From assembly GCF_001447785.1 (NCBI RefSeq), contig NW_015175381.1, forward strand, positions 514,312 to 578,311: a stretch of 64,000 nt of DNA, in the 5' to 3' direction. How positions within the stretch are numbered: position 1 is the first letter of the stretch; every line of letters starts with the position of its first letter. The notes under the pieces were generated by a model. That model had not been told where the DNA came from. It did no database searches and saw only the letters and a program-made list of their open reading frames with translations. This DNA is from Gekko japonicus (lineage: Eukaryota). Below, piece after piece: positions 50,416 through 63,040 of this stretch. A program made the translations under genes and the position numbers.

Positions 50416-50797
50416 AGCAGTTCCTCAGTGGAACAGGCTTCCTCGGGAGGTGGTGGGCTCTCCTTCTTTGGAGGTTTTTTAAGCAGAGGTTAGATGGCCA
50501 TCTGGCAGCAATGCTGATTCTGTGAACTTAGGTAGCTCATGGGAGGGTAGGAAGAGTTGCATCAGTGCTTAGTTCTTGTGGCCTTTTCTTATATTCCTAG
50601 GAAAATGCCAATTGACACTTTGGGGGAAGAAATTTTCTCCAGGCCAGTCCTGGAGGCTTTTTTTGCCATCTTCTGGGCATGGGGCAAGGGTCACTGGGAT
50701 GTGGGGGGAGGTAGTTGTGAATTTTCTGCATTGTGCAGGGAGATGGACTAGATGGCCCTGGAAGTCCTTTCCAAATCTATTATTTTATAATCCTATG
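50416..50797 (+). mobile_element. CR1 3' fragment
   Basis: Near-identical by eye to 16425-16830. Confidence 0.88.
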
Positions 50798-51233
50798 AAA
50801 ATCACTACCATCCCACGGCTTTTTTCAATTTCAGTTTCAAAAAATAGCACTTGGTGTGTACTCGCCTTGCAATGTCTAGTTTTAACCTTTTAGATAAACA
50901 AAAGCAAGTTTTTAATATAATGACTGCCTTCAAAGAATTCACAGAGGGTATGGAATTTTAGACCAAGGAGGCCAGGAGGTGCCGGGTCATCATTTTGCAA
51001 TTATTAACCTCTTTGCTCAAGTTTTTGATATTAAAATACAGTTTATTTTGCAAAATGTATCTCTATTTTCAGGGCATTCTAAAAAGACTATGAAATAAGA
51101 TACAGATAGTTAAGGACAAAAGCTAGAATGAACAATTGTACATTTCTCAGACCCTTCAGAAAGTTATGATTGAAAACATTTGTATGTTTATGGAAAGTGT
51201 GTCATAAATATCGATGAGACTGCTTCCAATTAC

Positions 51234-51310
51234 CTCAGATGCAGAGCCCACTTCTGAATCTTGTTCCAGACCATAAGAGCTAGAATCAGATGGGGAGAAA
51301 GGAGGAAGTC
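51234..51310 (-). CDS. IGSF5: IGSF5 penultimate coding exon (phase 1 to 0)
   Basis: ttctgttcgttgcag|GACTT...TCTGAG|gtaatt, 77 nt, encodes (R)LPPFSPSDSSSYGLEQDSEVGSASE. Phase-consistent with both neighbours. Confidence 0.85.
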
Positions 51311-51384
51311 CTGCAACGAACAGAATACATACAGGATAATTGTTATTGACTGTTCAGAATGGCAGGAACTATAGATCATTTCAG

Positions 51385-51460
51385 AATACTACTACTACTA
51401 CCACCACCAATAATAGTAGTAATAATAGTAGTAGTACTAATGATGATGATGATGATGATA
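51385..51460. repeat. Compound trinucleotide microsatellite (ACT/ACC/AAT/AGT/GAT)
   Basis: Seen directly; lies about 75-150 nt upstream of the acceptor of the 77-nt IGSF5 exon. Confidence 0.9.
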
Positions 51461-51557
51461 ATTTTGTGTGCCTGGTATTTTTAGAAGCCTTTTTTTCTGT
51501 AAAGGGACTTTGAAACAGAGACAAGTGTTCAAGCACTGGTATAATCTGCTTGTCTAA

Positions 51558-51839
51558 GGGTGCGATCATACGTACCAAAAGCGGCAGCAACGGTGCGATT
51601 CCCCCGCGGAGTAAAGGGGCGTGATCAGACAGAGACTTCTGTCCAGCATCCCAGAGTCATTGGTGGGGCATCTTGTTGCGCCGCAGGAGTGTGGAAAAAA
51701 GCCACCAGGGAAAGGCTACTATTATCCGGAACTGCGGGGCACGTGGGCAGAAGTCTGATTGCACAAATGTGCATCATTTTGGCCTGGGGAAAACAGCCTC
51801 GCTTCCCGCCCGCATTTTCTCGCTCGTGTGACCGCAGCC
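51558..51839. mobile_element. PIF/Harbinger-like MITE
   Basis: TIRs GGGTGCGATCATACG / CGTGTGACCGCAGCC, flanked by TAA and CAA. CpG-rich. Confidence 0.7.
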
Positions 51840-52184
51840 CAAGATTAGTTAATGCTTTGTAAAACTCAGCTAAGAAGGTGAGAAAAGGTTTCCTGAGATT
51901 TGACCCTGTGAGTATTCAAATGAAACTCTCTAAGTTCATTACAGATTGGAACATTTGTAGATGGTGGAAAGACGTTGTGAGGCCATGTAACTAACCAACA
52001 GGCAGCACATAGATAGCCTGTTTGAATTTACAATCCATAATGAGCCAAATTTGCTTTCTGGTTTCTGGTCACCTTTTTTAGTTCTCAAATACTCAATGTG
52101 TATCTGGGGTATGTAGGATTAGACGCAACATTAAAACAAAATAGCATCAACTTGTGCCTGCACCCAACAGCACATAGTGTAGCA

Positions 52185-52922
52185 TAGGGGTCCCTAATTT
52201 TTTTTCAGCCTGAGGGCGCTTTTGGAATTCTGACACGGAATGGTGGGCACAATCACAAAATGGCTGACACAGTAAGTGGAGCCAACCACAAAATAGTTGC
52301 CACAGCAAATGGAGCCACTGGGGGCTACCCACTGGGGGTGAGTCATCTCCTGCCCCCAGCTCACATTGCCTGCTGCCACTCTGGCAGTCAGTGAGAGAAA
52401 AATAAAGTAAAAAATCTCTGTAGCTGCAACAGTGTTATATCACTTCCAGAGAAAATCCAGGAGTGACATCATGCCACTCTAGATTTTGCCTGAAACCACA
52501 TAGATTCTGGCAATTCCTAGAGTAGTATGACATCACTTCTGAGTTTTCCCAAGAGATGTAATGTTGTAGTACCAGCAGTGCTCCCCCATATCACTGTCCC
52601 TCCCGACTCCCTATTAGAGAGTGAGACTATGAACAACTGTAATAGTAATTCTTTGACATTTCCGGCAGAAGTTCTGCTTAACTGGATGCTTATACACAGT
52701 AACCTTCCATCATGTAGTGAAGATCTTGAAGGGTTTTTTAAAAAAAAAACCGTGCACAGCCAATCAGATCTCCAGTGGTCAATTAGAAAGCCCACTGGGC
52801 AAAAGGCCTCACCTGGCCTAAAAACACTTGGTGGGTACCAGGTTCTAAAAACACTTGGTGGGTACCAGGAAAGGTGTTGGCAGGCACCATGGCACCCACG
52901 GGTACCACGCTGAGGGCTCCAG
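52185..52922. mobile_element. Decayed non-autonomous hAT element
   Basis: AGGGGTCCC-type end and a 27-bp tandem duplication ctaaaaacacttggtgggtaccagg near 52818. A related inverted copy lies near 62000-62255. Confidence 0.55.
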
Positions 52923-54432
52923 GTGTAACGTATTATGAAAGCCCTATCATCTACATCCGCATATGCACATGCTCTGCTTATGTGATTTATCTACCCCCTT
53001 TTCAGCATATGAGAATACACTTAGGGAATCTCCATCACAGGTTATATTCTACAAGGGTGAAAGGCAGCTTTGAGCTTGAGGCTTGCTCCGCTACTTCACT
53101 GGGTAGGACTTTGAAGCGGGGGCTGGGTGTAACCTGGCACTTGCAAATATTTTCAAGGTTTTCCTTTAAAAAGCTTTTGTTTCAAACATAGTTTTAAAAA
53201 AGAGGAATGTAAACCTCCTTTTGGCTGTGCAGCAACATGGGGTTTTCAGCATCTTTGCAAGAAGATCTTGGTCTTACAGCAGAAGGTGCTGCTTGGGTCA
53301 CTTGAATTTTCGCTTTATTATTCCAGGGGCTTATAAAGAGGACAAAGATAGGCTGCTTCCACACAGTGGCTCTTTTGCACATTGTTCCACATTTTGGTGC
53401 AGGTGGAATTGAAATTAGGGTTCCTGTAGCAATTACTACGTTATTTTGCCTTTTAAAATCTGATGATGCTGCCCCCAAGGGCAAGATCCTACTATATGTC
53501 CACTTATCTCTATCCCTGCATGGTTACATTTATTTAGTTTGAGCCTGATTGCTAAATTAATTACTTCCTGTTCTTGCTTGCCTATTTTTTTAATGGCACT
53601 CAAGAATAAAATGTCATCAGTGCTTTAGGTGGAAAGGCTTAAATCCTGTTTATTTAGTTTTTAAATTTTTTATTGCTATTGTGATTAATAGGAATGATTT
53701 TAAAGAAAGGGAGATACATGATACAAAGTAAGCCTGTAGTTTTAGGATTAGATTCAGCCAACTGTTTTGATCAATTTTCCTCCGGTTCACAGCCCCCCAT
53801 CCCATATGGCTTTTGTCCATACAGATCCCCTGATTCCCAGCATAGCCATTTGGGGTAGTCACAGGGATCATCTCCCTTTTTCACAAAGAAAAAAAGCTGG
53901 TTGGATTTAACCCCTAACAAGACCTGTTTATCCATTTTATCCTACCCTTTCTTCAAGAAGATCAGGGTAGTATACACAGTTCTCTCATTGTTTCCTCTGA
54001 GCATCCATGACAGAAATGGCCAGCTGACAGAGAACAGGAAACAACAAATAGAGGTGATAGGAGAAGATTTTAAAGGGATACCAGTCCTAGGACATGTCAA
54101 TAGTCCACCAGAGACAATCTGGCACTGCAATAATATTTTCAGTTTTTTTAAAAAAATTATTGCATTTCAAGTCTGATTTTTAAAAATACAGAAAATACTG
54201 GAATGTCACTAGTTGATCATGAAGATGGGCACAAAAGTGATGAAAACAAGACTGCAGAAAGCCCAGTGACAACAGAGCATCCAAACCAGGCAATTCTCTG
54301 TTTTTCAATCAAACTTTACATAACAGTAAGCATCATACATTCCATCCATTTTGAAGGCCCATCTGGAATTCAGAATGCACATGAAGGCATCTGTGCATAT
54401 AGTCTTTTAAACACAGATACATTTTTACTCAC

Positions 54433-54548
54433 TTGGTTTTTGCTTTGTATGTTCCTGTTCTTCTGGACTGTATCCATAATTTTCATTTCCGCTGCCACTC
54501 CTTGTTTCCAAATTTTGATCAGCAGTCTTCTTTTTTACTGAAACCCTT
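54433..54548 (-). CDS. IGSF5: IGSF5 cytoplasmic exon (phase 2 to 1)
   Basis: ttttattttctag|AAGG...AAACCAA|gtgagt, 116 nt, with only one open frame: RVSVKKKTADQNLETRSGSGNENYGYSPEEQEHTKQKP. SGNENYGYS resembles the SGNENSGYN motif I recall from mammalian IGSF5. Confidence 0.92.
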
Positions 54549-55098
54549 CTAGAAAATAAAAATGACTTACATTTGAATCCATGTTATTTGAGATCTATCT
54601 GTGCAAGCAGAGAACCACTACCTTCAACCTTTGGCATCCAGGCATTGTAATAATGCTCACCTCTGTCACTGCTCAGCAGCTCAGCAGAGTGGGTGTCTGT
54701 TTTGTATAGGTATAGCTAGTGATACTAAGGAATGTTTCTGTGGACAAAAATGAAGCACAGTCACTCCTTCTGACCCTAGACTGAGGGTGCACTCCTAAGC
54801 AGGTCTATTCAAAAGCACATCCCATTTTATTCAATCCCAGGAAAGTGCTTTTAGCATTGCAGCCCAAGTGTTTGACTTAGTTTGTACAGTCACTTTGGCA
54901 GGAGTCCTATTAGCTTCACAGAAGGCTTCAGTTTAAGCAGGTTTTGCTCCGTCAGCTTATAAAAATAATATGTAAGTATTTTTGGCAGGAACCAAAGCCT
55001 TCATGTCAGAAAACTACCTGATGAACGACTAAGTTTTTAGGTATTTTACGTCAATCCGTACTCACCTGCCAGAAAAAAAAAATCAGTAGCATTTAAAG

Positions 55099-56066
55099 CA
55101 GGGGTGTCAAACTTAAGGCCCGCGGGCTGGAACTGACCTGCCCATGACTTCAATCAGGCCCATGGCTGTCTTCACCATCCCACTCCCTCCCCTGCCTGTC
55201 CTCACCCTTCCAAGGGAGATTGGGGCTGGGCCTTCCCAGTTGGCTGGGCCTTGTCTTCTCCTGTTTCTCCTCCAGCAAGAAGCTCCTCTTGGCTAAAGCA
55301 CAAAAAAAGTTGCAAAGAAAATGCAGAATGGATTTTCCTTTAAGGTCTCTGGGCCCCAAAAGACTACTCTGGGACTGGAATTACAGCCCCCAGAATTGAA
55401 TGACGGTCCCTGGGAGTAGTAGCTGTGTTCTGGGAATGGAATTCCACACTGCGGGCTGTCATTCCAGTCCCAGAGTAGTCTTTCTGGGCCCAGAAACCTT
55501 AATGGAAATCCCACATTTTCTTTGCAACTTTTTTTGAGCTGCAATGTATTTTAATGGAGTGGAGTTTCAGTTTTCAGTGTTTGTACGCCAGCTGAAGTTG
55601 TCTGCTTGAAAATAAAGAGCTGATATTTTGAGCCAGCTTGTCTCTGCTGAATGGACCTGAGAATGCCCGGCCATTTCATGTTTTCCTAGGCTCAGAACAT
55701 TTTATATTTTTAGTTTATATCTTTTAGTTTCTTCTGTGATCCTTGTGCTTTTTCTTTATCTTTTATTTCAAAAATCGCATTGCCCAATCTCACTTTCCCC
55801 CCACCTTTCCATTTTAGGTGGGCATCTTTTAAGGGGGGGGTTGGGAGATATCAAAAACTTAAATAAAATATGGCAAGAGTGTTACTGTTTTCAGCTTGTT
55901 TGTATTTTAAGTTTTTAAAAACCCTTTAATTGTGTTTTTCAGTGTCCTTTATAAAGTTAATATCTTCGCTATCTGGCATTACATTTTATGACATGCATGG
56001 CCTGGCCCCACAAAGTCCCATTTATGTCAAATCCAGCCGTTGTAATAAATGAATTTGGCACCCCTG
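55099..56066. mobile_element. 968-bp non-autonomous hAT element
   Basis: TIRs CAGGGGTGTCAAAC / ATTTGGCACCCCTG with a perfect 8-bp TSD ATTTAAAG. Confidence 0.92.
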
Positions 56067-56629
56067 ATTTAAAGTATGGTTCACAGGCCAATGCATTTTG
56101 TGATGCTCATGGCAGTTTGATGCCTTTTCTCTTCACGAATAATTGGTCATTCTGGTAGGGTTGCCAGGTTCCTCTTGGCCACCAGCAGGGGATTAGAGGG
56201 AAGGGTTGCCAGATCCAGGTTGGGAACCTCCTGGAGGTTTGGGGATGGAGTCTGGGGAGTGGCTCTGCAGTGTACTATTCCCCTTTGGCTGTGGGTTCCC
56301 AGGTTAGACACAGATCTCAGTGAGGTACAATGCCACACAGTTCACCCTCCAAAGCATCCATTTTATCCAGGGGAACTGATCTCTGTAGTCTGGAGCTGAG
56401 TTGTAATTCCAGGGGATCCCCAGATCTCACCCGGAGGCTGGCATCCCTAGGTCATTGTCATATCCTCATGCAACTGCATTACTTCTTGCCCCCATTAGTG
56501 TAAGCCAAAAAAGGTATGTAGAGATTATGGCAATTCAAGTTCTGAAGATGCGCCTTGGAAGATCTGTAAGTCTGACCATTCCTGAAATAGATGGTGACCC
56601 AAAGCCATCATTGAGCTCATTGTAAAGAA

Positions 56630-56759
56630 TGTCACTTCTTTCAATAAGAGCTAGCCGGGATTCCCCAAAGGAATTTGACAGGAACTGACCATCTATTTGT
56701 GTCACTTCTTTCAATAAGAGCTAGCCAGGATTCCCCAAAGGAATTTGACAGGAACTGAC
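56630..56759. repeat. 60-bp tandem duplication with a 10-bp spacer
   Basis: 56630-56689 and 56700-56759 differ at one base. Confidence 0.95.
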
Positions 56760-59700
56760 AAAATGGTGGTGACATTTATTTGTTTGTTTGTTTCTCAGTC
56801 ACTTTTCCAAAAACTCCTCCTTATTTCTGCCCATTTGCTCGCTCCCTTGGCTTTTAACTCAGAGCCCCACCCAGAGGAAGAGTGCCAGCTGTCTTCTGTC
56901 CCTTGATGCTCTAATGATGCTGCCACTAACATCTACGGTGAGGAAAAGGACAGCGATGGTACCTGCTGCTTCTCATCCTCCCCTTCTGCTCTTTACTATC
57001 GCTGCTCACCTGACCTGTTCTTTTGTGTGTGTGTGTGTGTGATATAATACTTTTATTTAAATTTTATGTACATAACTATAACCACATCCACATTAAAATT
57101 CAGAGATAACAATTAGCTTTCGAGCTTAACTGTAGTCTATGTACATCTAAATGTCTGTTTTATGGTAATAAGTAATTTTCCTCACAAACCCTGACCTTTC
57201 CCTCTCACCTGGCCTATTCTCACTCACTGTGGGATGATAACTGCTCCCTCATGTTGCTGCCCATCATCATGGTAGATAGGCCATGACTGTAGTAAAGAAG
57301 TGGAAAGGAAGATTGTGGGACAGATCCAGGAGCCCAGTCTTTATCTTGCCTGAGACTCCCCAGAACTCTGAAATCAACTCTGGGCACCTATTCCTGGCAA
57401 GATTATTCCAAAATATGGGTGTAATCGATAAGAATGCCCTGTTCCCTGTGCTGATGGACCTTACTTCCATGAATAAGGTAGAACACAAGGGAATGTGGAA
57501 GACCACCGTCAGGAATGTATGGGGAAATGTGCCCTTTAAAAGCGGGATTTGGGCTTTGTTTTCCTCTTTCTTCTTCTGCTAACAGATGGCTTTCAGATCT
57601 TCAAGAATTATTGTTCATGTTCCGCAAAGGTAAATGCAAACAATGAACCTTGCAATCATTGACACAAACGGGTTGTTTTACACATTTCAGTACTGATTAA
57701 CAGGGTATTGATAAAGGGGCTGTCATGTTTTTAAGTCTTTACAGCCTTAAAATAAATAAAATTAGTTGGCATCTTTGGTTTCAATTGTATAAAACTCTTT
57801 TTAAAGGTAGATGCAATTATTACCAATCACTTTTTAAAAATAAAGGCTGCTTTCAAATAGTTTTTAGAAAAGCAGAGTATGCCACCTAACTTGCCTGCCA
57901 GTCCATCTCAATTAACTTGTGTCAGCCTGTCTCCATTTAGGTTCCCTTTCTGTGCAACAGAAATTCAATACTCCAAGTCCCTGTGAAACTGGCACCTCTG
58001 CCATAACCTTTACTGTAGCTCAAAGGAGAGAGCTACTCTGGTGCACAGTGACCTCCTGTGGTATATGTGCAAATACTAAACATTCAGGCTACTGTTACAG
58101 AAAAAGCTTTCAGTATCTACCGTAAGAAAAAATGCTCAGTACTTTCCTTGTATCCTGACATACTGCCAGGAAGCAAGAATGGCCTCTAAATGTACCCTCT
58201 GTGTTATCTAGATACCCATTCTGAGTGGGGCGTATACCATACTTGACAAGGTCTAAGCCCTTATTGAAACCTTTATTGCAGCCTTTATTTATCTTTGGGA
58301 GTGCTGTATTTATTTTTTTCTGTCTCATAGCCAAGGGCTGGCCCCTGTGCAGACAGACAAATATACACAACAGGACCAGCCACAGCTATGATACAGAGTT
58401 CTACAAACTCAGGGTAAATCCCAGGTTTTCGGGGGGGGGGATCTTTTCTTTAAAAAAAAACTAATTTGGGGCTACAGTCATCCTCGAGTTGATAGAGGCA
58501 TCTGTGCATGTGTAAAAAACCAAACCTGCTGGATTTTTCACAAAAACATAGAGGCGAGAGCTGCTTGAGCATATTGCCTCCCCCATTCACCTTCTCCCCT
58601 CCTTCCCCCTTCCTTTTGCGAGCAGGCTTGGAGAGGCAAGCAGGCAGGCAGGAACAAAGTGGGAGGGAAGTTGTTATACTCAGCGGACAGAGGCAGAGAA
58701 GCCAAAGCAGTTGGTGGGGAGGCAAACATGCACGCAGGAAGGGCAAGAGAAGCCAGAGTGAGCGGACAGGTGAGGGGAGGGAAGCTGAAGTGGGTAGATG
58801 GGGGTACCAATCTGGAGCTGGAGAGATTAGGGGACAGGGATGCCAGCCTCCAGGTGGGACCTGGGGATCCCCTGGAATTACAGCTCATCTCCAGACTACA
58901 GAGATCAGTTCCCCTGAATAAAATGGATGCTTTGGCTCCATGGCACTGTATCCCACTAAAGTCCCTGTTCTGCCCAGTCTCCATCCCCAAATCTCCAGGA
59001 GCTTCCCAACCTGGATTTGGCACCCAATCCCTCGCTGGTGGTCAGGGGGGTACCTGGCAACCCTATTAGGGGAGGAGGTGGAGAGGGGAAGAGAAGCCGG
59101 CAGCGGCAGCAAGGAGTGGGTAAAGGAGAATGGGGACTTTTCCTCCCCCCATGATTCCTCACAAGTCTTCATTGGTGAGAGTCTAACACTGCAAGGTGCT
59201 GAACACATTTCTTATTGGGAATATGTTTTAGGTAACATAGCAAAGTTGCACAGTCATAGAAACTTGGTATTGTGTGCAATAAATTTTTAAAAACTTACAT
59301 TTATTGGGAAAGATTCAATTTACATCCGTGTTGCAGTCAAAGGGGGCGACAGATGCCTTATCTAAAGAACGCTATTCCCTGTGAAAAGTGACTAGCTAAT
59401 CCGATAGAACAAAGTTTGAATCCATTGATACCCTTAAGACCAACAAAGCATTATTCAAGGTGTAAGAGAGGGCGGGATAGAAGTGTAAATAAATAAATAA
59501 ATAAATTTATCTCCCTGAAGTTTAAAGTGTTAGCTTTAATGCAGCTGCAGTTGTTGTGAAGTGTTATCTGTGTTTGATGGAACTGCAATAAATCTCCTTT
59601 CATTTTTTGAGTAGACTCTCTTTGCTGAGGACATAACAATCACATTGATAGCCATGGCAATTGCCAACATATGGGACAGTGGGTCTGCTTGCACTGACAG

Positions 59701-60237
59701 AAGGGGTGCTTCATCCTGTTATGCATTCTGCTGCAATTACATTACATAGCACAGCTAGATTTGAGTCCAGTGGCACGTTAGAGACCAACAAGACTTTCAG
59801 AGTATAACCTTTTGAGATCCCTTTGTCAGATGCTACATAACACAAGATTAGACTCTGAGAACATTTTTCACAAGGCTTAAAACAGTTCTCATTACAGTGA
59901 ACTTTGTAATGCAAGTGTACAAGTTGGAGTGATCAGCATGGACATTCATGTTTTTCATAAGCAAGAGCAGACTTTGATAGAAATAACATACAAAAAGTTC
60001 AACATCTCAGATACGAAAGTTTCTGAAATATTATAAATGTGATAGGATGACACTGAACTCAGCAACTTAGATGCAATGAAGTTATTAACCCCAGCACAGT
60101 TAAGATACATATCCACTTTTTAAATGCAGTGAGTGTTTTGAAAGAACACCAGCATACAGTTAGGGAAATGCAATGCAAGTTTTGTCATCTATGTAACAAT
60201 TACCCATTAAGTAGAGCAAAAGTGTGAATTAGCTTAC

Positions 60238-60262
60238 CGCATTTCCTTCTGGTAGTTGGAAT
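60238..60262 (-). CDS. IGSF5: IGSF5 25-nt juxtamembrane exon (phase 1 to 2)
   Basis: ctttttcttttcccag|ATTCCAACTACCAGAAGGAAATGCG|gtaagc encodes DSNYQKEMR. Phases match both neighbouring exons. Confidence 0.9.
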
Positions 60263-60838
60263 CTGGGAAAAGAAAAAGCACGGACCTTCAACTGCAGAAA
60301 AGTAGCATAACGACTTACTAGAAAACTATACTCAGTCTTTCCTAATGCTGATCATTTTTAAAATATGGAAAGAGGGTTTAGTACACAGAGGGAGGTTCTG
60401 CATCTACAGACATTATCAGTCATTTCAGTAGGTAGAGATGTCTGCTTGGCCTCACTCCTCCAGTAAAATGAAAAAGAAACCTTTCCTAGGCATCAGAGAC
60501 TTCCATTTCAGGCTCTTAAAGTATGCCTCTTGCATGTTTACATGCAACTGAAAAAGCATTTACTCTTAGGGCTAAAAAACACAATATGTCTTATGTACAG
60601 GTTTCCTCCAAATTCACTGTTTTGATCAGAGTCACACATCAGCTCAAGCGATTGTCCTTTAAAAGCTTCAGAAGCTGACTGTGCTGACAATGGGTGATTA
60701 TGTGTTGGCTTTTTCCTTGGTTGTTTTACCAAACTCATGTTGGAACAGAAATTCCCCTCTGCACGGCATGCTGCTTTCACTTTCTCTGATCATCGGATTT
60801 TATGGTACCTTCTGCATAGATTTATGGCCATTCAGGGG

Positions 60839-61182
60839 TAGGCTTGCCAAGTCCCCCCGGGGGGCAGGGAAACCCCCACCTCAGAGCCCCGTTTCCCGCC
60901 GCCGGTGGATCGGGCCCCAGGGGGGACTCCACCTCGACGTGCGCGTCACCCGGAAGTGACGTGACGATGCGGGCCATGCTGGGGGCGGGGCCACAGTCAT
61001 CCGAGGGATAACTCTATGGTTTTCCCTCGGATGGTCATGGCCCCACCCTCAGCGTGCCCCGCATCGTCACGCCACTTCCAGGTGATGTGTGTGCAGCACG
61101 CACGCGCTTCGCGCGCATGCGCGTTCTCCAGCCACCAGCGGGGAGTCCCCCACTCCGGAGAAATTTTGACTTGGTAACCCTA
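60839..61182. mobile_element. CpG-rich hAT-Blackjack-like MITE
   Basis: TIRs TAGGCTTGCCAAGTC / GACTTGGTAACCCTA with a perfect 8-bp TSD TTCAGGGG. Confidence 0.9.
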
Positions 61183-62911
61183 TTCAGGGGTGACTCTGCA
61201 GTCAGTACGGCGTTGCCCCAGGATATTTGAATGTGGTTTTCAGCTACACCTTTGGTAAAACAATGGAGGGAAAAACCAATGTAGAATTGCCTAGTGGGCA
61301 ACAGGGCTTTTTGGTGGTGGTACTCACTGAGTACTGGCATCTCTTCGAGTTCCTGTTCCTCACTCCACCCCTGCCTTTTCCCCTGAGCCTAAAGAAACCC
61401 AGTGGTTCATATAATTTGGACCTGTCAGTGCTCAGACTACTCCAAGTGGTGGTGGAGTGGTGGAGTTCATTGACACTCTCTCTCTCTCTCACTCTCTCTC
61501 CAGACTACAGAAGTTAGTTCTCTTGGAGGGAACTGCAGCAGCTTGTTATAAACCTCATTGCTTTTATCTATCACATCATCAATTGCATGAGTTAAAAATG
61601 GGTCCAAACTGTGCCAATTCTTCAATACACACTGCATGCCACAAGTGGTAACTTAAGAGTTGCATCTTGCTTACGTCCTGCAATCAACCAGTCAATCCAG
61701 GAAACAAGCAATGAAATCTGCAGAGACCAAGGATTCTAGAGACACTCCTTCCCTCTCTCCTGGGCAGGCAGCCCCTTGCAGCCTTATCCAGCAGTTTCTG
61801 GGGGCAGATCCTATGGCATCACATCCCCATTGAGCTCCCTCCTCTCCCCGAACTCTGGTCTGCCAGGCACTGCCCCTAAATGTCCAAGGATTTCCAAACC
61901 TGGAGTTACTCTTCACTGCATCCCCCTGGGAATTAGGCTGCAATCTTGCTCTCTTTGCTCATGGACTGCAGGATCTGTACAACTCTGTAAACACATTATT
62001 CCACTAATCCATCAGCATGCACATAATGCGAAGTTTCTACTGCTGCTGGGCATTCTATTTGATTGGCTGTGCAGATTTTTAAAAACCTTGAAACTTTGGC
62101 AGCAGCTGCCAGCATAGCGCAAGGAAAGACTGAAGGTAAGCCACAGCAGCCATTTTGTAGCTGACTCTGCCTCCTGTAGCAGCCATATTGTGGCTGTGCC
62201 TATCACACTGTGTCAAAATTCCGGAGGTGCCCCTGGACTCAGAAAGTTTGGGGATAGTGTTGCCAGGTCCTGCCTTACTGCTGGCAGGGGGGTCGTGGCT
62301 GCTGTCTGGGATGTTCTTGTGCACGCATAAAGTGTGCGTGCCATGATAACATCACCTGGAAGGTTTCCACTCTAGTTTTTGGGCAAACTCAATGGTTTTT
62401 TGCCCTCAAAACCATTGACTTTGCCCAAAAACTAGAGTGGAACCCCCCAACATTGGCAATGCAATGACGTCACTTCTGAGTGACATCACTGCCACAGGCA
62501 CATTGCTGCACAAGGTCCCTGTTCAGGGGTGGGACTTCCCCAGGCAGATTGATGCCCGAAAATGGAGGGAACTCCTGGCTGGACTGGGGATTTGGCAACC
62601 ACAGTTGGGGACCTTGGTCTGAGTCTTTGATCCAAACAGAGAGGGGTAGTTAAGATGTTGTTCAGAAGAGCCCCTCTGTGTGCTAGGTACTGTACCTTTA
62701 CATTGTAATTCATAACTCAGTTCTTATGCCCATTATTACTATTGACTAAATTAATGGTAAAACCATTTATGAAATGTTATATCAAATATATAGCAATGAC
62801 TGCTAGCAATTACTGCCAGTTATTTTTTGTGCATGTCTAATCTTCCTTTCCAATATATAATATTTAGGGTTAAAGACCCTGGTATAACCAGTTCACAAAC
62901 AGCCCACTCAC

Positions 62912-63040
62912 CTTTCCTTCTTCTGCAGCAGCACACAATAAGCAAAATAATAAGGATCAGCAGAAGAAAACCAACAATAGACAATACAACTGCTAATATT
63001 ATAGTCCGGATGCGTCCATCATCTTCATTTGTGTCAGATT
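62912..63040 (-). CDS. IGSF5: IGSF5/JAM4 transmembrane exon (phase 1 to 1)
   Basis: Reverse strand reads ttttatctagtag|AATCT...AGGAAAG|gtgagt, 129 nt. It encodes (E)SDTNEDDGRIRTIILAVVLSIVGFLLLILIILLIVCCCRRRK, a hydrophobic helix followed by a Cys cluster and basic stop-transfer. The tandem TAGTAG acceptor allows a start at 63043 instead. The Ig-domain exons must lie beyond 64000. Confidence 0.92.

Noticed and set aside
52818-52870. Short direct repeats as a CRISPR-like array
   Set aside because: Only two adjacent copies with no unique spacers, in eukaryotic transposon context.
53215-53331. Exon-like segment (PWNNKAKIQVTQAAPS...) between two IGSF5 exons
   Set aside because: Its open frame is phase 2 to 0 whereas the flanking exons need phase 1 to 1. 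In the required frame it hits a stop, and the donor is weak.
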